Shown here piece after piece: positions 37,196 through 47,826 of a stretch of 64,000 nucleotides of DNA. Positions within the stretch are counted from its first letter, which is position 1. Each line of letters starts with the position of its first letter. The notes under the pieces were generated by a model. The model was not told the origin of the DNA and ran no database searches. It was given only the letters and a program-made list of their open reading frames with translations. Position numbers and translations under genes: made by a program. The stretch is taken from the NCBI GenBank assembly GCA_050010195.1, contig JBEKLM010000008.1, forward strand, positions 7,843 to 71,842. Reading direction: 5' to 3'. The stretch comes from Verrucomicrobiia bacterium. Lineage in GTDB: Bacteria; Verrucomicrobiota; Verrucomicrobiia; Palsa-1439.

Positions 37196-37218
37196 CGTCG
37201 GTTTTTCGGTCTCGGCGG
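37196..37218. repeat. Direct repeat copy A (cgtcggtttttcggtctcggcgg), part of a degenerate duplicate of the leuA 3' terminus
   Basis: Exact 23-mer, also at 37942..37964. The surrounding ~60 nt encode …[15 protein letters not shown], against leuA …[15 protein letters not shown]. Confidence 0.7.
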
Positions 37219-37257
37219 ACTGGCGGATTTCATAGAGAACATGCTTGAGGAAGCCGA

Positions 37258-37776
37258 CTAGCCAGGTTGTTTGCGCGCCCGGATCGCTTGCAGTTGAGCA
37301 ATCGCTTCGCGGTCGCGGGGACGGTTCATGGCGCGCTTGGCTTTGATGAGCGCATCGAGTCCAAGCACGCGGCATTTGCCAAAGCTCAAATCGATGACCA
37401 CACTTTGCTTCTTCACGGTGGCGGCGTTTCCCACGCCGAGCACTTCACTGAGGCAGTCGAGGACACCCAAATCCGTTTCCAAATAGAGGTTTTTCAGGCC
37501 GCGACACCGCTCGCGAGTCAATTCCAACGGCAGACGCTTCGGCGTGAGCCGGTGAACTGGATGCAGGTCGGTGAGCGCGGCTTGCAGCTTCAACAGGTTC
37601 CCCGGCGTGAATGGACAGCAAATATCGACATCTCGGGTTCCCAACGTTACTCCGTGCATCGTGGATGCAAAGGCACCGACGACCACGAATTCCACGTCGT
37701 GCTCGATCAGACGCCCCACAAGTGTCTTAAGCTTTGACATGCCGCCGTTTGCCTGCGGCTTCCAGCGCCTCGGCAA
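37258..37776 (-). CDS. Minimal nucleotidyltransferase-fold protein (toxin/antitoxin-like)
   Basis: NTase motif VVVGAFASTMHGVTLGTRDVDI (hG[GS]…DxD). 172 aa. Overlaps the upstream small ORF. Confidence 0.55.
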   Translation of the reverse strand: MPRRWKPQANGGMSKLKTLVGRLIEHDVEFVVVGAFASTMHGVTLGTRDVDICCPFTPGNLLKLQAALTDLHPVHRLTPKRLPLELTRERCRGLKNLYLETDLGVLDCLSEVLGVGNAATVKKQSVVIDLSFGKCRVLGLDALIKAKRAMNRPRDREAIAQLQAIRARKQPG

Positions 37777-37939
37777 AGTCTAAAGCATCTTGGTTCGCAT
37801 CGATTCGCTGCTCGGGCGTCATGCGCAGGCTAATTTCAAGCAGGTTCATGTCGCACCCGTACGCCGCGGCCGCAGCCCAAGCGTCTTTCTTTGCCTTGGG
37901 AGCGGCCTTCGAACCCCGTTTGCTGCGCGTCTTCTTCAC
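37727..37939 (-). CDS. Small basic protein (70 aa), putative partner of the NTase-fold gene
   Basis: Its start overlaps the leuA stop codon. Lys-rich N-terminus, helical C-terminus. Confidence 0.4.
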   Translation of the reverse strand: MKKTRSKRGSKAAPKAKKDAWAAAAAYGCDMNLLEISLRMTPEQRIDANQDALDFAEALEAAGKRRHVKA

Positions 37940-39489
37940 AACGTCGGTTTTTCGGTCTCGGCGGTTTGGCGTTGCTCGAAGAGGTAGCGGTTGAGGGCGT
38001 TTAAGTAGGCGAGGGCGCTGGCCTCGATGATGTCGGTCGAGGAACCCTTGCCGGTGACGATGCGGCCCGCGTCGCCATTGAAGTGGACGCGGACGGTGAC
38101 CTCGCCGATGGCGTCCTTGCCGCGCGTGACGCTGTTGACGCTGTAATCCGCGAGGCTGCCTTTGAGTCCCGTGATGCGGTCGATAGTCTTGAGCATCGCG
38201 TCAATCGGGCCGTCGCCGGTGCCGGCGTCTTGCACCGGTTCCTGTTTGTCGGCGCGGATGAGGCGCACGGAAGCGGTCGGGATTTCGCCGGTGGTCACAC
38301 TGAGATAGCCCAGTTTCCAGACCTGCGGCACCTCGGTGAACTGGCCTTCGACGAGTGCCATCACATCCTCGTCGTACACCTGCTTCTTCTTGTCGGCGAG
38401 CGCCTTGATCTGGTCGGTGATGCGGCGGACCTCGTCGTCGCTGAGCTTGTAGCCCATTTCGTCGAGCTTTTTGCCGACGGCGTGGTGGCCCATGTGTTTG
38501 CCCCAGGTGAGCTCACTCGACCGGCCCACGTCCTCGGCATGCATGATCTCGTACGTCGCGCGATTGGCCATCATGCCGTGCTGGTGAATACCGGCTTCGT
38601 GGGCGAACGCGTTGTCGCCGACGATGGCCTTGTTGCGCTGGACCACCATGCCCGTCATGTGCGACACGAGGCGGCTGCTGCGGTAGATCTGCGCGCTGTC
38701 GACGTTCGTCTGATAACCGCCGAACGCGTCCTTGCGGACCTTGAGCGCCATGACGATTTCTTCGAGGGAAGCATTGCCGGCGCGTTCGCCGATGCCGTTG
38801 ATCGTACATTCGACCTGGCGCGCGCCATTCTGGACGGCGGCCAACGAATTCGCCACAGCAAGCCCGAGATCGTTGTGACAGTGGACGCTGATGACGGCGT
38901 TCTTGATGTTCGAGACGTGGTCGAAGAGATACTTGATGAGCGCACCGTATTCGTGAGGCGCGGCGTAGCCGACCGTATCGGGGATATTGACCGTGGTCGC
39001 GCCGGCTTCGATCACGGCATGCGTCACCTCGGCCAAGAACTCGGGTTCGGTGCGCGAGGCGTCCTCGGGCGAGAACTCGACGTCTTTACAGTAGCCGAGG
39101 GCGCGCTGCACGCCTTCCACGGCGCGCTTGAGAATCTCGCTTTGCGCCATCTTGAGCTTGAACTCGCGATGAATGGCGCTCGTGGCGAGGAACACGTGAA
39201 TGCGCGCTCGCTCGCCCGCCGGTTTCACGGCTTCGGCGGCGCGGTCGATGTCGTTATCGACGCACCGGGCCAACCCGGCGATGCGCGGGCCCTGGATCTC
39301 ACCAGCAATGGATTTGACGGCCTCGAAATCGCCGTCGCTGGCGATGGGGAAGCCCGCCTCGATGATGTCCACGCGCAACCGCGCCAATTGCCGCGCGACC
39401 TCGAGTTTCTCGCGGATGTGCATGGAGGCGCCCGGGCATTGCTCGCCGTCGCGCAACGTCGTGTCGAATATCAATATTTGCTCACTCAT
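37936..39489 (-). CDS. leuA: 2-isopropylmalate synthase
   Basis: [18 protein letters not shown]…[10 protein letters not shown]…[17 protein letters not shown]. Confidence 0.95.
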   Translation of the reverse strand: MSEQILIFDTTLRDGEQCPGASMHIREKLEVARQLARLRVDIIEAGFPIASDGDFEAVKSIAGEIQGPRIAGLARCVDNDIDRAAEAVKPAGERARIHVFLATSAIHREFKLKMAQSEILKRAVEGVQRALGYCKDVEFSPEDASRTEPEFLAEVTHAVIEAGATTVNIPDTVGYAAPHEYGALIKYLFDHVSNIKNAVISVHCHNDLGLAVANSLAAVQNGARQVECTINGIGERAGNASLEEIVMALKVRKDAFGGYQTNVDSAQIYRSSRLVSHMTGMVVQRNKAIVGDNAFAHEAGIHQHGMMANRATYEIMHAEDVGRSSELTWGKHMGHHAVGKKLDEMGYKLSDDEVRRITDQIKALADKKKQVYDEDVMALVEGQFTEVPQVWKLGYLSVTTGEIPTASVRLIRADKQEPVQDAGTGDGPIDAMLKTIDRITGLKGSLADYSVNSVTRGKDAIGEVTVRVHFNGDAGRIVTGKGSSTDIIEASALAYLNALNRYLFEQRQTAETEKPTL

Positions 39490-39710
39490 GGCCTGATCCT
39501 TTCGATTCTAGCCGTGGACAGGGGGCAAACAACAAAAAACCCACTGTCGCGCGGCGACAGTGGGTTTTGATTTTTCTGTGTACAGACCTCAACCCGCCGT
39601 CTGCCGCGTGAGCAGCAGCGCCAGCAAAGCCAGCAGCAGGTTGAAATTACGATTCATTACGTCCCTATACGTAGCAGGTCGTGGGCCATTCGTCAAGCCC
39701 GACGAACCGC

Positions 39711-39941
39711 CTATTTCTTGACCGCCAGCGCGAAGCCTACCGCAAGTACGACGACGGGGACAACGATGGCGAAGGGTACCTCGTCTTTCACCCAGTTACC
39801 AAAAAGGTCATGGCCCGTGGCGCTGAGTGTCGTATTGCCGATGGTGACGCTGTGCTTGTTACTGTAGTCGTAGCGTGCGTAGGCGAAGCTCAGAATCGCC
39901 AGCACGATCGCCACGGCGAGAACGTTGAATCGTTTGCGCAT
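39711..39941 (-). CDS. Small two-TM membrane protein
   Basis: Hydrophobic N- and C-terminal helices, 76 aa, lying between ilvC and leuA. Confidence 0.4.
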   Translation of the reverse strand: MRKRFNVLAVAIVLAILSFAYARYDYSNKHSVTIGNTTLSATGHDLFGNWVKDEVPFAIVVPVVVLAVGFALAVKK

Positions 39942-39950
39942 GTTGACCTC

Positions 39951-40976
39951 CTAGTAGGCGGCTTGGGCGCCGCCGAGTTTGCGTTTCTGCATCCACGGGA
40001 AGTTGGCGCGAATCTGTTCGCCCACTTTCTCGATGGGATGTTCCGCGCCGCGGTTCATGAGCGCGCTGTAGACGGGGCGGCCCGCCTGGTTTTCCGTGAT
40101 CCATTCCTTGGCGAACTGGCCGCTCTGGATTTCTTCGAGAATCTTCTTCATCTCGGCGCGGGTCTGATCGGTGATGACGCGTTTGCCGCGGGTGATGTCG
40201 CCGTACTTGGCGGTATCGCTGATGCAGAACCGCATGCCGCTGATGCCCGCTTCATTCACGAGATCGGCGATGAGTTTCACTTCGTGCAAGCATTCGAAGT
40301 AGGCCATCTCGGGCGCGTAACCGGCTTCCACGAGCGTTTCAAAACCCGCGAGGATCAACTCGCTCAGCCCGCCGCACAAGACGGCCTGTTCACCGAAGAG
40401 GTCGGTCTCGGTTTCCTCACGGATCGTCGTCTCAAACACTGCGGCACGCGTCGCGCCAATGCCTTTGGCCCAGGCGAGTGCCACCTGTTTGGCCTTGCCC
40501 GTGGCATCCTGATGCACGGCGACAAGCGCGGGAACGCCTTTGCCTTCGATGTACATACGGCGGACGAGGTGACCGGGGCCTTTCGGCGCGACGAGGAACA
40601 CGTCCACGTCCTCCGGCGGAACGATCTGTCCAAAATGCAGCGAGAAGCCGTGCGCGACGGCGAGCGCCTTGCCCTTCTTCATGTGCGGCGCGATTTCGCG
40701 GCGATACGTCTCGCCGTGACGCGTGTCGGGAATCGCCAACATGATCACGTCGGCGGCCTTCGCCGCGTCCGCGACACTGAGGACTTCGACGCCCTGCTTT
40801 TTCGCCACATCAACAGACTTGCTGCCTTCGTAGAGGCCGACGACGACTTTCACGCCGCTGTCCTTGAGGTTCAGCGCGTGGGCGTGGCCTTGCGAGCCGT
40901 AGCCGATGACGGCGCAGGTTTTGCCCTTCAGGTATTTCAGGTCTGCGTCTTTGTCGTGATAGGTTTTAGCTGCCAT
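39951..40976 (-). CDS. ilvC: Ketol-acid reductoisomerase (class I KARI)
   Basis: [21 protein letters not shown] Rossmann motif and canonical Mg-site residues (…[16 protein letters not shown]…FECLHEVK…). The start was set at MAAKTYHDK. Confidence 0.9.
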   Translation of the reverse strand: MAAKTYHDKDADLKYLKGKTCAVIGYGSQGHAHALNLKDSGVKVVVGLYEGSKSVDVAKKQGVEVLSVADAAKAADVIMLAIPDTRHGETYRREIAPHMKKGKALAVAHGFSLHFGQIVPPEDVDVFLVAPKGPGHLVRRMYIEGKGVPALVAVHQDATGKAKQVALAWAKGIGATRAAVFETTIREETETDLFGEQAVLCGGLSELILAGFETLVEAGYAPEMAYFECLHEVKLIADLVNEAGISGMRFCISDTAKYGDITRGKRVITDQTRAEMKKILEEIQSGQFAKEWITENQAGRPVYSALMNRGAEHPIEKVGEQIRANFPWMQKRKLGGAQAAY

Positions 40977-41148
40977 CGTTATGTTCCTTGTGAATGAGAT
41001 CCTCGCCCGACTGCTCAAATTGACCCGGCAGGCATTATACCTTCGACCCGGCTCGCCGACAACCGTTGATTGCGGGGCCTGGAATAAGCGAGCCAGTGGA
41101 CGCACGATCGCATCCACCGGCTCGGGTCGTGCAGCCTGTTACAGGTGA

Positions 41149-42246
41149 TCAACCGCCGCGACCGACAAGGCCTTTGGTCCCGTGGGAAATCGCCCGGGCT
41201 TTTTCCGTCGGACGCAAGGCGCGGACCGCCGCGCCGGTGCGCCACATTTCGGAGTTGCGCATGGCGGCGAGTTCCCGGGCGACACGTTTCGGATAGTTCT
41301 TCGCGCCGCACACTTTGATGACGCGCTCGGCCTCCTGGCCGGACGACACGCGACCGTACAGTTTCTTGAAGACGGGCAGGACAGCCGCTTTGAACTTCGG
41401 CTTCCAATCGAGCGCGCCGCGTTGGGCCGTGGCGGAGCAGTTGGAATACATCCAGTCCATGCCCTTCTCGTCCACGAGACGGATGAGGCTCTGGGTGAGC
41501 TCTTCAATGGTTTCGTTGAACGCTTCACTCGGGGAATGGCGGTGGGCGCGCAAGACGTCGTATTGCGCTTCCATGATGGCCGCCAGGCACCCCATCAACA
41601 CGCCGCGCTCGCCCGTCAGATCACTGTTGGTTTCGTGCGGGAACGTGGTGGGGAACAGGTAGCCCGACCCAATGGCGATGCCGATGGCCAGACAGCGGTC
41701 CTTGGCCCGACCGGTGGCATCCTGGTGGATGGCGAAGCTGGAGTTGATACCGGCGCCGGACAGGAAGTTGCGGCGCACGTTCAGGCCAGACCCTTTGGGG
41801 GCGACCATAATCACATCGACATTCCTGGGGGGAACGACGCCGCTCTTGTTGCGGTAGGTGATCGAAAAGCCGTGCGAGAAATACAGCGCATCGCCCGGTT
41901 TGAGATGCTTCTTGATTGTCGGCCAAACCGCGCGTTGGGCCGCGTCGGACACGAGCATTTGAATGATCGTGCCCTTCTGGACGGCGGTTTCGATGTCGAA
42001 CAGGTTCTTGCCGGGCACCCAGCCGTCGGCGACGGCGCGATCCCAGTCGCGCTTGAACTCGCGCGCCTGGCCGACGATCACGTGGAATCCGTTGTCTTTC
42101 ATATTCAACGCCTGGGCCGGGCCTTGGACGCCGTAGCCGATGACAGCGATGACCTCGTTTTTGAGGACGCTGCGGGCTTTGGCCAGGGTGAATTCCTTGC
42201 GGGTGACAACGCGTTCTTTTACGCCTCCAAAATCAATGATTGCCAT
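41149..42246 (-). CDS. Divergent second ketol-acid reductoisomerase paralog
   Basis: IAVIGYGVQGPAQALNMKDNG. The D/E metal-site pattern is retained (…HETNSDLTGERGVLMGC…FNETIEELTQ…). About 365 aa. Confidence 0.8.
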   Translation of the reverse strand: MAIIDFGGVKERVVTRKEFTLAKARSVLKNEVIAVIGYGVQGPAQALNMKDNGFHVIVGQAREFKRDWDRAVADGWVPGKNLFDIETAVQKGTIIQMLVSDAAQRAVWPTIKKHLKPGDALYFSHGFSITYRNKSGVVPPRNVDVIMVAPKGSGLNVRRNFLSGAGINSSFAIHQDATGRAKDRCLAIGIAIGSGYLFPTTFPHETNSDLTGERGVLMGCLAAIMEAQYDVLRAHRHSPSEAFNETIEELTQSLIRLVDEKGMDWMYSNCSATAQRGALDWKPKFKAAVLPVFKKLYGRVSSGQEAERVIKVCGAKNYPKRVARELAAMRNSEMWRTGAAVRALRPTEKARAISHGTKGLVGRGG

Positions 42247-42325
42247 GATTCATGTTCTCCATTGCTGATTGTTTTATGCTGAGATCCTTCACCGTATCCT
42301 GCAGGTTCCGGATGGTCACCCCGCG

Positions 42326-42799
42326 TTATTTGCGCGGCATGGCGACCTTGCCGGTCCGCGTGATGTCACGGATGCCGAACGGTTCCATCAACCCGAGAAA
42401 CGCGCTGATTTTCGATTCGTCACCCGTGATCTCGATGGTCAACGCCTTGTGGGCGACATCGACGATTTTCGCGCGAAAAATATCGCAAATCTGCATCAAT
42501 TCGGCGCGCGTCTTGTTGTCGGCGTTGACCTTGATGAGGACGAGTTCGCGGTCGACGTATTCGCCTTCCTTGAAATCCGAGACCTTGATGACGTCGACGA
42601 GCTTGTTGAGCTGCTTGGTGACCTGCTCGAGGACGGTGTCGTCGCCTTTGACCACGATGGTCATGCGGGACTGGGTCGGGTCCTGCGTCGGGGCGACGTT
42701 GAGTGTGTCGATGTTGAACCCGCGGCCGCTGAACAGCCCCGAGATGCGGGTCAACACGCCGAATTTATTCTCGACCAAAACTGACAGGGTATGCCTCAT
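42326..42799 (-). CDS. ilvH: Acetolactate synthase small (regulatory) subunit
   Basis: ACT domain: HTLSVLVENKFGVLTRISGLFSGRGFNIDTLNVAPT. Confidence 0.85.
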   Translation of the reverse strand: MRHTLSVLVENKFGVLTRISGLFSGRGFNIDTLNVAPTQDPTQSRMTIVVKGDDTVLEQVTKQLNKLVDVIKVSDFKEGEYVDRELVLIKVNADNKTRAELMQICDIFRAKIVDVAHKALTIEITGDESKISAFLGLMEPFGIRDITRTGKVAMPRK

Positions 42800-42993
42800 A
42801 AAGCGCCCTGCTTATACGGCAATCCGCGCCGTCAATCAACCCCCATTTCCGGTGCCCTGGCGCGAGGTGGCTCACGACGTGCTTTGTCGAAAGGAACTCG
42901 TAATTTCGCAAGTCGAGGGCGGACGAGCCGCCAAACGCCACGAAGGACAACCCCCTTTTGGCCGTACCTCGCGAAGCCGCGATGGAACGGCGC

Positions 42994-43482
42994 ATGAATG
43001 AGATAACAGTTTCAGTTTCGAGACAGTTGGCCCCTCCACAATGGCGTCCTCCCGTTGTCAGCGGCCACCGGCGGTCGATTCTTTTGTGCAGCTTGTGCGT
43101 CGTGGCGCTTCTGTTTGCAGTATCGACGGGGCGCAATGCCGATCAAGGACCTGCCCCGGCACCCGCACACGTCATACGGGTGCTCGTCGCGCCGCACGGC
43201 GGAGGATCGCCAACCTCGCCAGCAACGATGGCACGGGAGGCGGCGGCGCGCAGCGCGATGCTGCGGCCGGCAACCGACACGGCACGAGTTCGAAATCGAT
43301 TCGAGCCGGAAACGGCGATTGACAATCCCAGGCAGGTGGCGGTGCTGTGCGTTCCGACGCGTCGGGCGTTTGACGGTCCGATGTGGCGATTTCTCCTGAA
43401 CGAGCCCGTGCAGCCCGATATCGATCTCACGCACAACCAGACGTACTATGGTGTCAAAGTGACGCTCCCATTCGGGGGTTGA
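42994..43482 (+). CDS. Hypothetical membrane-anchored protein
   Basis: ORF with one TM helix (ILLCSLCVVALLFAV) and no known motif. Confidence 0.3.
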   Translation: MNEITVSVSRQLAPPQWRPPVVSGHRRSILLCSLCVVALLFAVSTGRNADQGPAPAPAHVIRVLVAPHGGGSPTSPATMAREAAARSAMLRPATDTARVRNRFEPETAIDNPRQVAVLCVPTRRAFDGPMWRFLLNEPVQPDIDLTHNQTYYGVKVTLPFGG

Positions 43483-43533
43483 GGCGGGAAAATCATGTCT
43501 TGTTAATGCTGCCGGTGGCCCTTACCATGCCCT

Positions 43534-44757
43534 ATGCCTTTCAAACAACTTGGACTTTCTGAGGAAGCGCTGCGCGGTGTGCAGGCGGCGGGATATACCG
43601 AACCGACGCCGATCCAACTGCGCGCGATCCCGCTCATTTTGGCGGGCAAGGACGTTATCGGTTCGGCGCAGACCGGCACCGGTAAGACCGCGGCGTTTGC
43701 GCTGCCGATTCTTACGCTACTCAAGACACACGGCAAATGCCGTTGCCTGGTGCTGGGGCCGACCCGCGAACTGGCGGCGCAGGTGGAGACCGCTTTCCGT
43801 GATTACGGGCGGTTCACCAATTTGAAAACGGCAGTCATATTTGGCGGGGTTGGTTACGGCGAGCAGAAACAGTCACTGACCCAGGGCGTGGACACCATCG
43901 TCGCGACGCCGGGTCGGCTGTTGGATTTGATGGGGCAGGGGTTTGTGAAGCTGCAGGACGTGAACCTGCTCGTGCTCGACGAGGTGGACCGGATGCTGGA
44001 CATGGGATTCCTGCCGGACGTGCGGCGGATCATCGAAAAGTGTCCAAGGCAGCGCCAGACGATGCTGTTTTCCGCGACGATCCCGCCCGAGATCGAACGG
44101 CTGGCGGCATGGGTGCTTAACAAGCCCGAAAAGGTTGAGATCGGGATCAGCCGTTCGCCCGCCGATACGGTGACGCACGCGTGTTACCCGGTCGCAACCA
44201 GCCAGAAGTTCCAATTGCTCGCGGCCTTGCTGCAGCGGACCAATTTCGACAGCGTGCTCATTTTCTCGCGCACCAAACACGGCGCGGACAAGATCGCGAC
44301 CCGGTTACGGGCGGAGAAGCATTCCGTGGCGGCGTTGCACTCGAACCGCACGCAACGCGAGCGCGTCGAGGCGCTGGAAGGTTTCAAGTCGGGCAAATAC
44401 GAAGTGATGGTCGCGACGGATATCGCCGCGCGCGGACTGGACGTCGAAGGCGTCACCCACGTGATCAACTACGACGTGCCGCAGCACCCCGAAGATTACG
44501 TGCATCGGATTGGGCGCACGGGCCGCGCGCAGAAGGTGGGCGATGCGTTCACGCTCGTGACGATCGAGGAACTCGAGTACCTGCGCGCCATCGAGCGGTT
44601 CATCGGCCAGAAGATTCCGCAGCTCAAGCTGGAGGATTTCAATTACGTCCTGACCCCGATGTTCGAAGAGAAACAAATTTCCGGCGACCGCCGCAGCGTC
44701 CGCGCCGTCCGCACGATGAAGGGTTACTCGTTTAGTCCGAGCCGCCGGAGACGGTGA
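43534..44757 (+). CDS. DEAD-box ATP-dependent RNA helicase (RhlE-like)
   Basis: Q-motif, AQTGTGKTAAF, DEVD, SAT and HRIGRTGRA. Confidence 0.95.
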   Translation: MPFKQLGLSEEALRGVQAAGYTEPTPIQLRAIPLILAGKDVIGSAQTGTGKTAAFALPILTLLKTHGKCRCLVLGPTRELAAQVETAFRDYGRFTNLKTAVIFGGVGYGEQKQSLTQGVDTIVATPGRLLDLMGQGFVKLQDVNLLVLDEVDRMLDMGFLPDVRRIIEKCPRQRQTMLFSATIPPEIERLAAWVLNKPEKVEIGISRSPADTVTHACYPVATSQKFQLLAALLQRTNFDSVLIFSRTKHGADKIATRLRAEKHSVAALHSNRTQRERVEALEGFKSGKYEVMVATDIAARGLDVEGVTHVINYDVPQHPEDYVHRIGRTGRAQKVGDAFTLVTIEELEYLRAIERFIGQKIPQLKLEDFNYVLTPMFEEKQISGDRRSVRAVRTMKGYSFSPSRRRR

Positions 44758-44759
44758 TC

Positions 44760-45728
44760 TCAATGTTGCGGGTTCGACGCCGGCGGGCCATTACCTTCCG
44801 GAGCCTTCTTTGTCATTTCCTGTAATGTTCTCTCGATTTGGTCAAAGACGCCCTTGAAGTCGGCCAAACGCTTTGCTTTCACGACGATCCCCAGATTCGC
44901 AGGGATCGCGGTCTTTGTCTTGATGTCAAAGGCTGTCGGAATGGTGATAATCTCGGCCTTGCCTTCGCTGGTATACTGATAAACGCCATACATGATTCCC
45001 AAGAAGCTGACGCGGGAACCTGAATAAAGTCCGCCGTCAAAGAAATTGAGTCCCTCATTTGCTATAAACACTGGTGAGCCGCTCGAACCAGGAAACACGG
45101 CTGCGTCAACGAGGAATTCGGTGCGCCCGTTATAGTCGATGACTGGATCGGTTGCTGTCATACCTCGGCGCACGACGGGGAGATTGTTCTTCTCGTCCCA
45201 TATACCGATGGGATAACCGATAAACTTGACCTCTTGAAATACACCGTACTTCGGCAGTTCTTCGTCACTTGGAATGAGCGATTCCCCTATGGGTGCCACG
45301 TCTAGGAACTTGCCTTGCTCTTTAAGAAGTCTTATTAGCGGGGCAAGAGGCATCACGGCCAAGTCAACGTTGGTGTCCGGATGCCTGATCCAGTACTTGT
45401 CGAACTGCGGAAGCGCTATTGTGAAGTGGTCTTGCGTACGGGCTGGCCAATTTGTGGAGGCGAGTGCGAAGAACAAGGCGCCAGTCGCGCCATCAGAAAC
45501 CACATGCCAGCAGGTAACGATCACAGGTATCGAGGATGTCCGATTTTTGTCCTCAAACGCATAAAAGAAGCCTGTCCCTACGTTCACCGTGCCGTCTGAC
45601 TTCACCACCTCGATGCGCACTGTGTTGCGAAGCAAAGTTCGGGACATCATGGGGCGGTCATGGGTAGAGGGATCCGCAAAGGAGGAGACTGCGCCCAAGA
45701 GCAAAGCTAATGTGACCAGTACTTTCAT
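44760..45728 (-). CDS. Secreted trypsin-like (S1 family) serine peptidase
   Basis: Signal peptide. His motif TCWHVV. Ser motif GSSGSPVF. Confidence 0.7.
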   Translation of the reverse strand: MKVLVTLALLLGAVSSFADPSTHDRPMMSRTLLRNTVRIEVVKSDGTVNVGTGFFYAFEDKNRTSSIPVIVTCWHVVSDGATGALFFALASTNWPARTQDHFTIALPQFDKYWIRHPDTNVDLAVMPLAPLIRLLKEQGKFLDVAPIGESLIPSDEELPKYGVFQEVKFIGYPIGIWDEKNNLPVVRRGMTATDPVIDYNGRTEFLVDAAVFPGSSGSPVFIANEGLNFFDGGLYSGSRVSFLGIMYGVYQYTSEGKAEIITIPTAFDIKTKTAIPANLGIVVKAKRLADFKGVFDQIERTLQEMTKKAPEGNGPPASNPQH

Positions 45729-45740
45729 AATAGATTCATT

Positions 45741-46832
45741 TTACCACAACTCGTTCGGGCCGGCGGGGACTTTGACGGCGGTGGCGGGTTCGGCGGCCAG
45801 GCCGAGCGGGTGGGGTTTGTAATGCGGGAGCAGATTGCCGTCGGCGTCGAGGAACTGGGCGCGCCAGGCGCGATAGACGGCGAGGATGTCGTCGAACTCG
45901 GCGCGAGTGTTCAAGCGCACGACAAGTTTGTGGAACTCCTTGGTCGGGCCGAGGGCGCGCGAGTATTGGATGGCGACCTTGCGGAACGTGAGACAGCCCC
46001 GTCGTTCGCCGAAGACTTCGACCATCAGATCGAGATGCCGTTTCATCACGGCGATGTGTTCTTCGAAGTCGGGTTCGGGTGGCAATTCGCCCGTGGAGAG
46101 AAAGTGGGACACGTGCCGAAAGATCCACGGATTATAGAACGCGCCGCGACCGATACTGATCGCGGCGCAGCCGGTGTGATCGAACATCATCTTCGCCGTC
46201 TGCGGCGTGGTGATATCGCCATTGCCGATGACGGGCACGCGGTTCACGGCCTGCACGACGGCGCGGATGCCGGCGAGATTCACCGAACCGCTGAAGCCTT
46301 GTTGGCGGGTGCGACCGTGGACGGCGATGGCGGCGATGCCGGCATCTTCCAGGGCGCGGGCGAGATCGGGTGCGGTGAGGTTTTCATCGTCCCAGCCGAG
46401 GCGCATCTTGGCGGTGACGGGGATTTTCACGGCATTGACCATCGTGCTGACCAGTCGCGCGGCTTTGGTGTGATCGGCCATCATCGACGAGCCACCGCCG
46501 TTCTTGCAAATCTTGCGCATGGGACAACCCATGTTGATGTCCACGGAACTGACGCCGAGGGATTCGAGCAACGCGGCGGCATCGCGCATCTCTTCGGGGA
46601 TGGTGCCATAGAGCTGGACGGCGAGCGGACGGTCGGCGGGTCGGGTCTGAATAAGCTGGAGGGCTTTGCGATTCTTCAGCAACAGCGAGCGGGCGTTGAC
46701 GAGATCGGTGGTGCAGAGGCCGACGCCGCCGATTTCGCGGATGATGAGACGGAAGGGCAGGTTGGTATAACCCGCGAGCGGGGACAGGAACAGATTGGAG
46801 TCGAGCGACAACTGGCCAAGGGCGAACGGCAT
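45741..46832 (-). CDS. tRNA-dihydrouridine synthase (Dus family)
   Basis: SPLAGYTNLPFRLI… and AIAVHGRTRQQ with FMN-site conservation. The start was set at MPFALGQ. Confidence 0.85.
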   Translation of the reverse strand: MPFALGQLSLDSNLFLSPLAGYTNLPFRLIIREIGGVGLCTTDLVNARSLLLKNRKALQLIQTRPADRPLAVQLYGTIPEEMRDAAALLESLGVSSVDINMGCPMRKICKNGGGSSMMADHTKAARLVSTMVNAVKIPVTAKMRLGWDDENLTAPDLARALEDAGIAAIAVHGRTRQQGFSGSVNLAGIRAVVQAVNRVPVIGNGDITTPQTAKMMFDHTGCAAISIGRGAFYNPWIFRHVSHFLSTGELPPEPDFEEHIAVMKRHLDLMVEVFGERRGCLTFRKVAIQYSRALGPTKEFHKLVVRLNTRAEFDDILAVYRAWRAQFLDADGNLLPHYKPHPLGLAAEPATAVKVPAGPNELW

Positions 46833-47055
46833 GAACCAATGAATAGGGCATTTTGATGGGGTTTGCAACCCGTCGGCGAGCGGAAAAAAGATTTGTCGCT
46901 TTTTTCGATGAGATGGAGGATAGTCACTGTCGTTTGATGACAAGGAGGCACGTGTCGACCGAAGGTAGCGCGAGCGCGTTTGGCTTGCGGCATGCTCCTG
47001 TTAGGCTGCCGGATCGCAGATTGCCTCGGGAGTTGAACGGGTTGGCTGGTTCATC

Positions 47056-47673
47056 ATGCCATTAGAAGCTGTTACATCGCTGGTGACGTTTGGAAGCGAG
47101 TTGTTGGCCAACCCGCGGCCGATTGGGTCGGCTGTGCCGAGTTCTCCGTTTTTGGCGCGGCGCATGGCCAGCTACCTGCCGCGGGCGCCTCGGGGATATG
47201 TGATCGAGTTGGGCGCGGGGACGGGCGCGATTACGGCCGCTCTCCTGAAGCGCGGAATCCCACCCGAGCAGATCATTCCGGTCGAACGGTCGGAAACCAT
47301 GGTGCGATTGTTGAAGCGGCGGTTTCCGTCGCTGAAAATCGCGCTCGGCGACGCCAGCGAACTTCGCACTCTCCTCCGAACGTTCCTGGCGAAAGACAAC
47401 ATCGAGATCAGCCACGTCGTTTCGAGTCTGCCGTTGCGGTCATTACCCGAGAATGTGGTGACGAACATCATCCGCGAGGTGCACGCCGTGCTGCCCAAGG
47501 AGGGAAAACTGGTGCAGTACACCTACAATCTGGGCAAGACCGCGCATCCCAGCCTGTCTGGTTTCAAGCGGATCCGCACGACGGTCATCTGGGCCAACGT
47601 GCCGCCCGCTCGCGTGGACGTATTTCAGAAAAACGGGGAGTCTTCCGGCTCGTTCGGTCCGAAATCTTGTTGA
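47056..47673 (+). CDS. Small class I SAM-dependent methyltransferase (PmtA/RsmA-like)
   Basis: Motif I VIELGAGTGAIT. Confidence 0.65.
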   Translation: MPLEAVTSLVTFGSELLANPRPIGSAVPSSPFLARRMASYLPRAPRGYVIELGAGTGAITAALLKRGIPPEQIIPVERSETMVRLLKRRFPSLKIALGDASELRTLLRTFLAKDNIEISHVVSSLPLRSLPENVVTNIIREVHAVLPKEGKLVQYTYNLGKTAHPSLSGFKRIRTTVIWANVPPARVDVFQKNGESSGSFGPKSC

Positions 47674-47826
47674 GCGGGCGAGCCTTCCGCGGTGTCGCAA
47701 TCGAATTCTGACGCAACACCACCAGTATCTTCATCATCTACTCAGTGCGAAAAACAGTGGCGGCCCGCACCGAATCACGGTAAAGATAAGGGAAAAGGCT
47801 ACAATGATTCAACGCAGGAGGGCGCA

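Noticed and set aside
38083-39570. 495-aa plus-strand ORF
   Set aside because: It is antisense to leuA, which has unambiguous homology.
39681-42282. 438-aa and 366-aa plus-strand ORFs
   Set aside because: They are antisense to the two KARI genes and consist of low-complexity A/R/G-rich sequence.
45810-46856. 348-aa plus-strand ORF
   Set aside because: It is antisense to the Dus gene.
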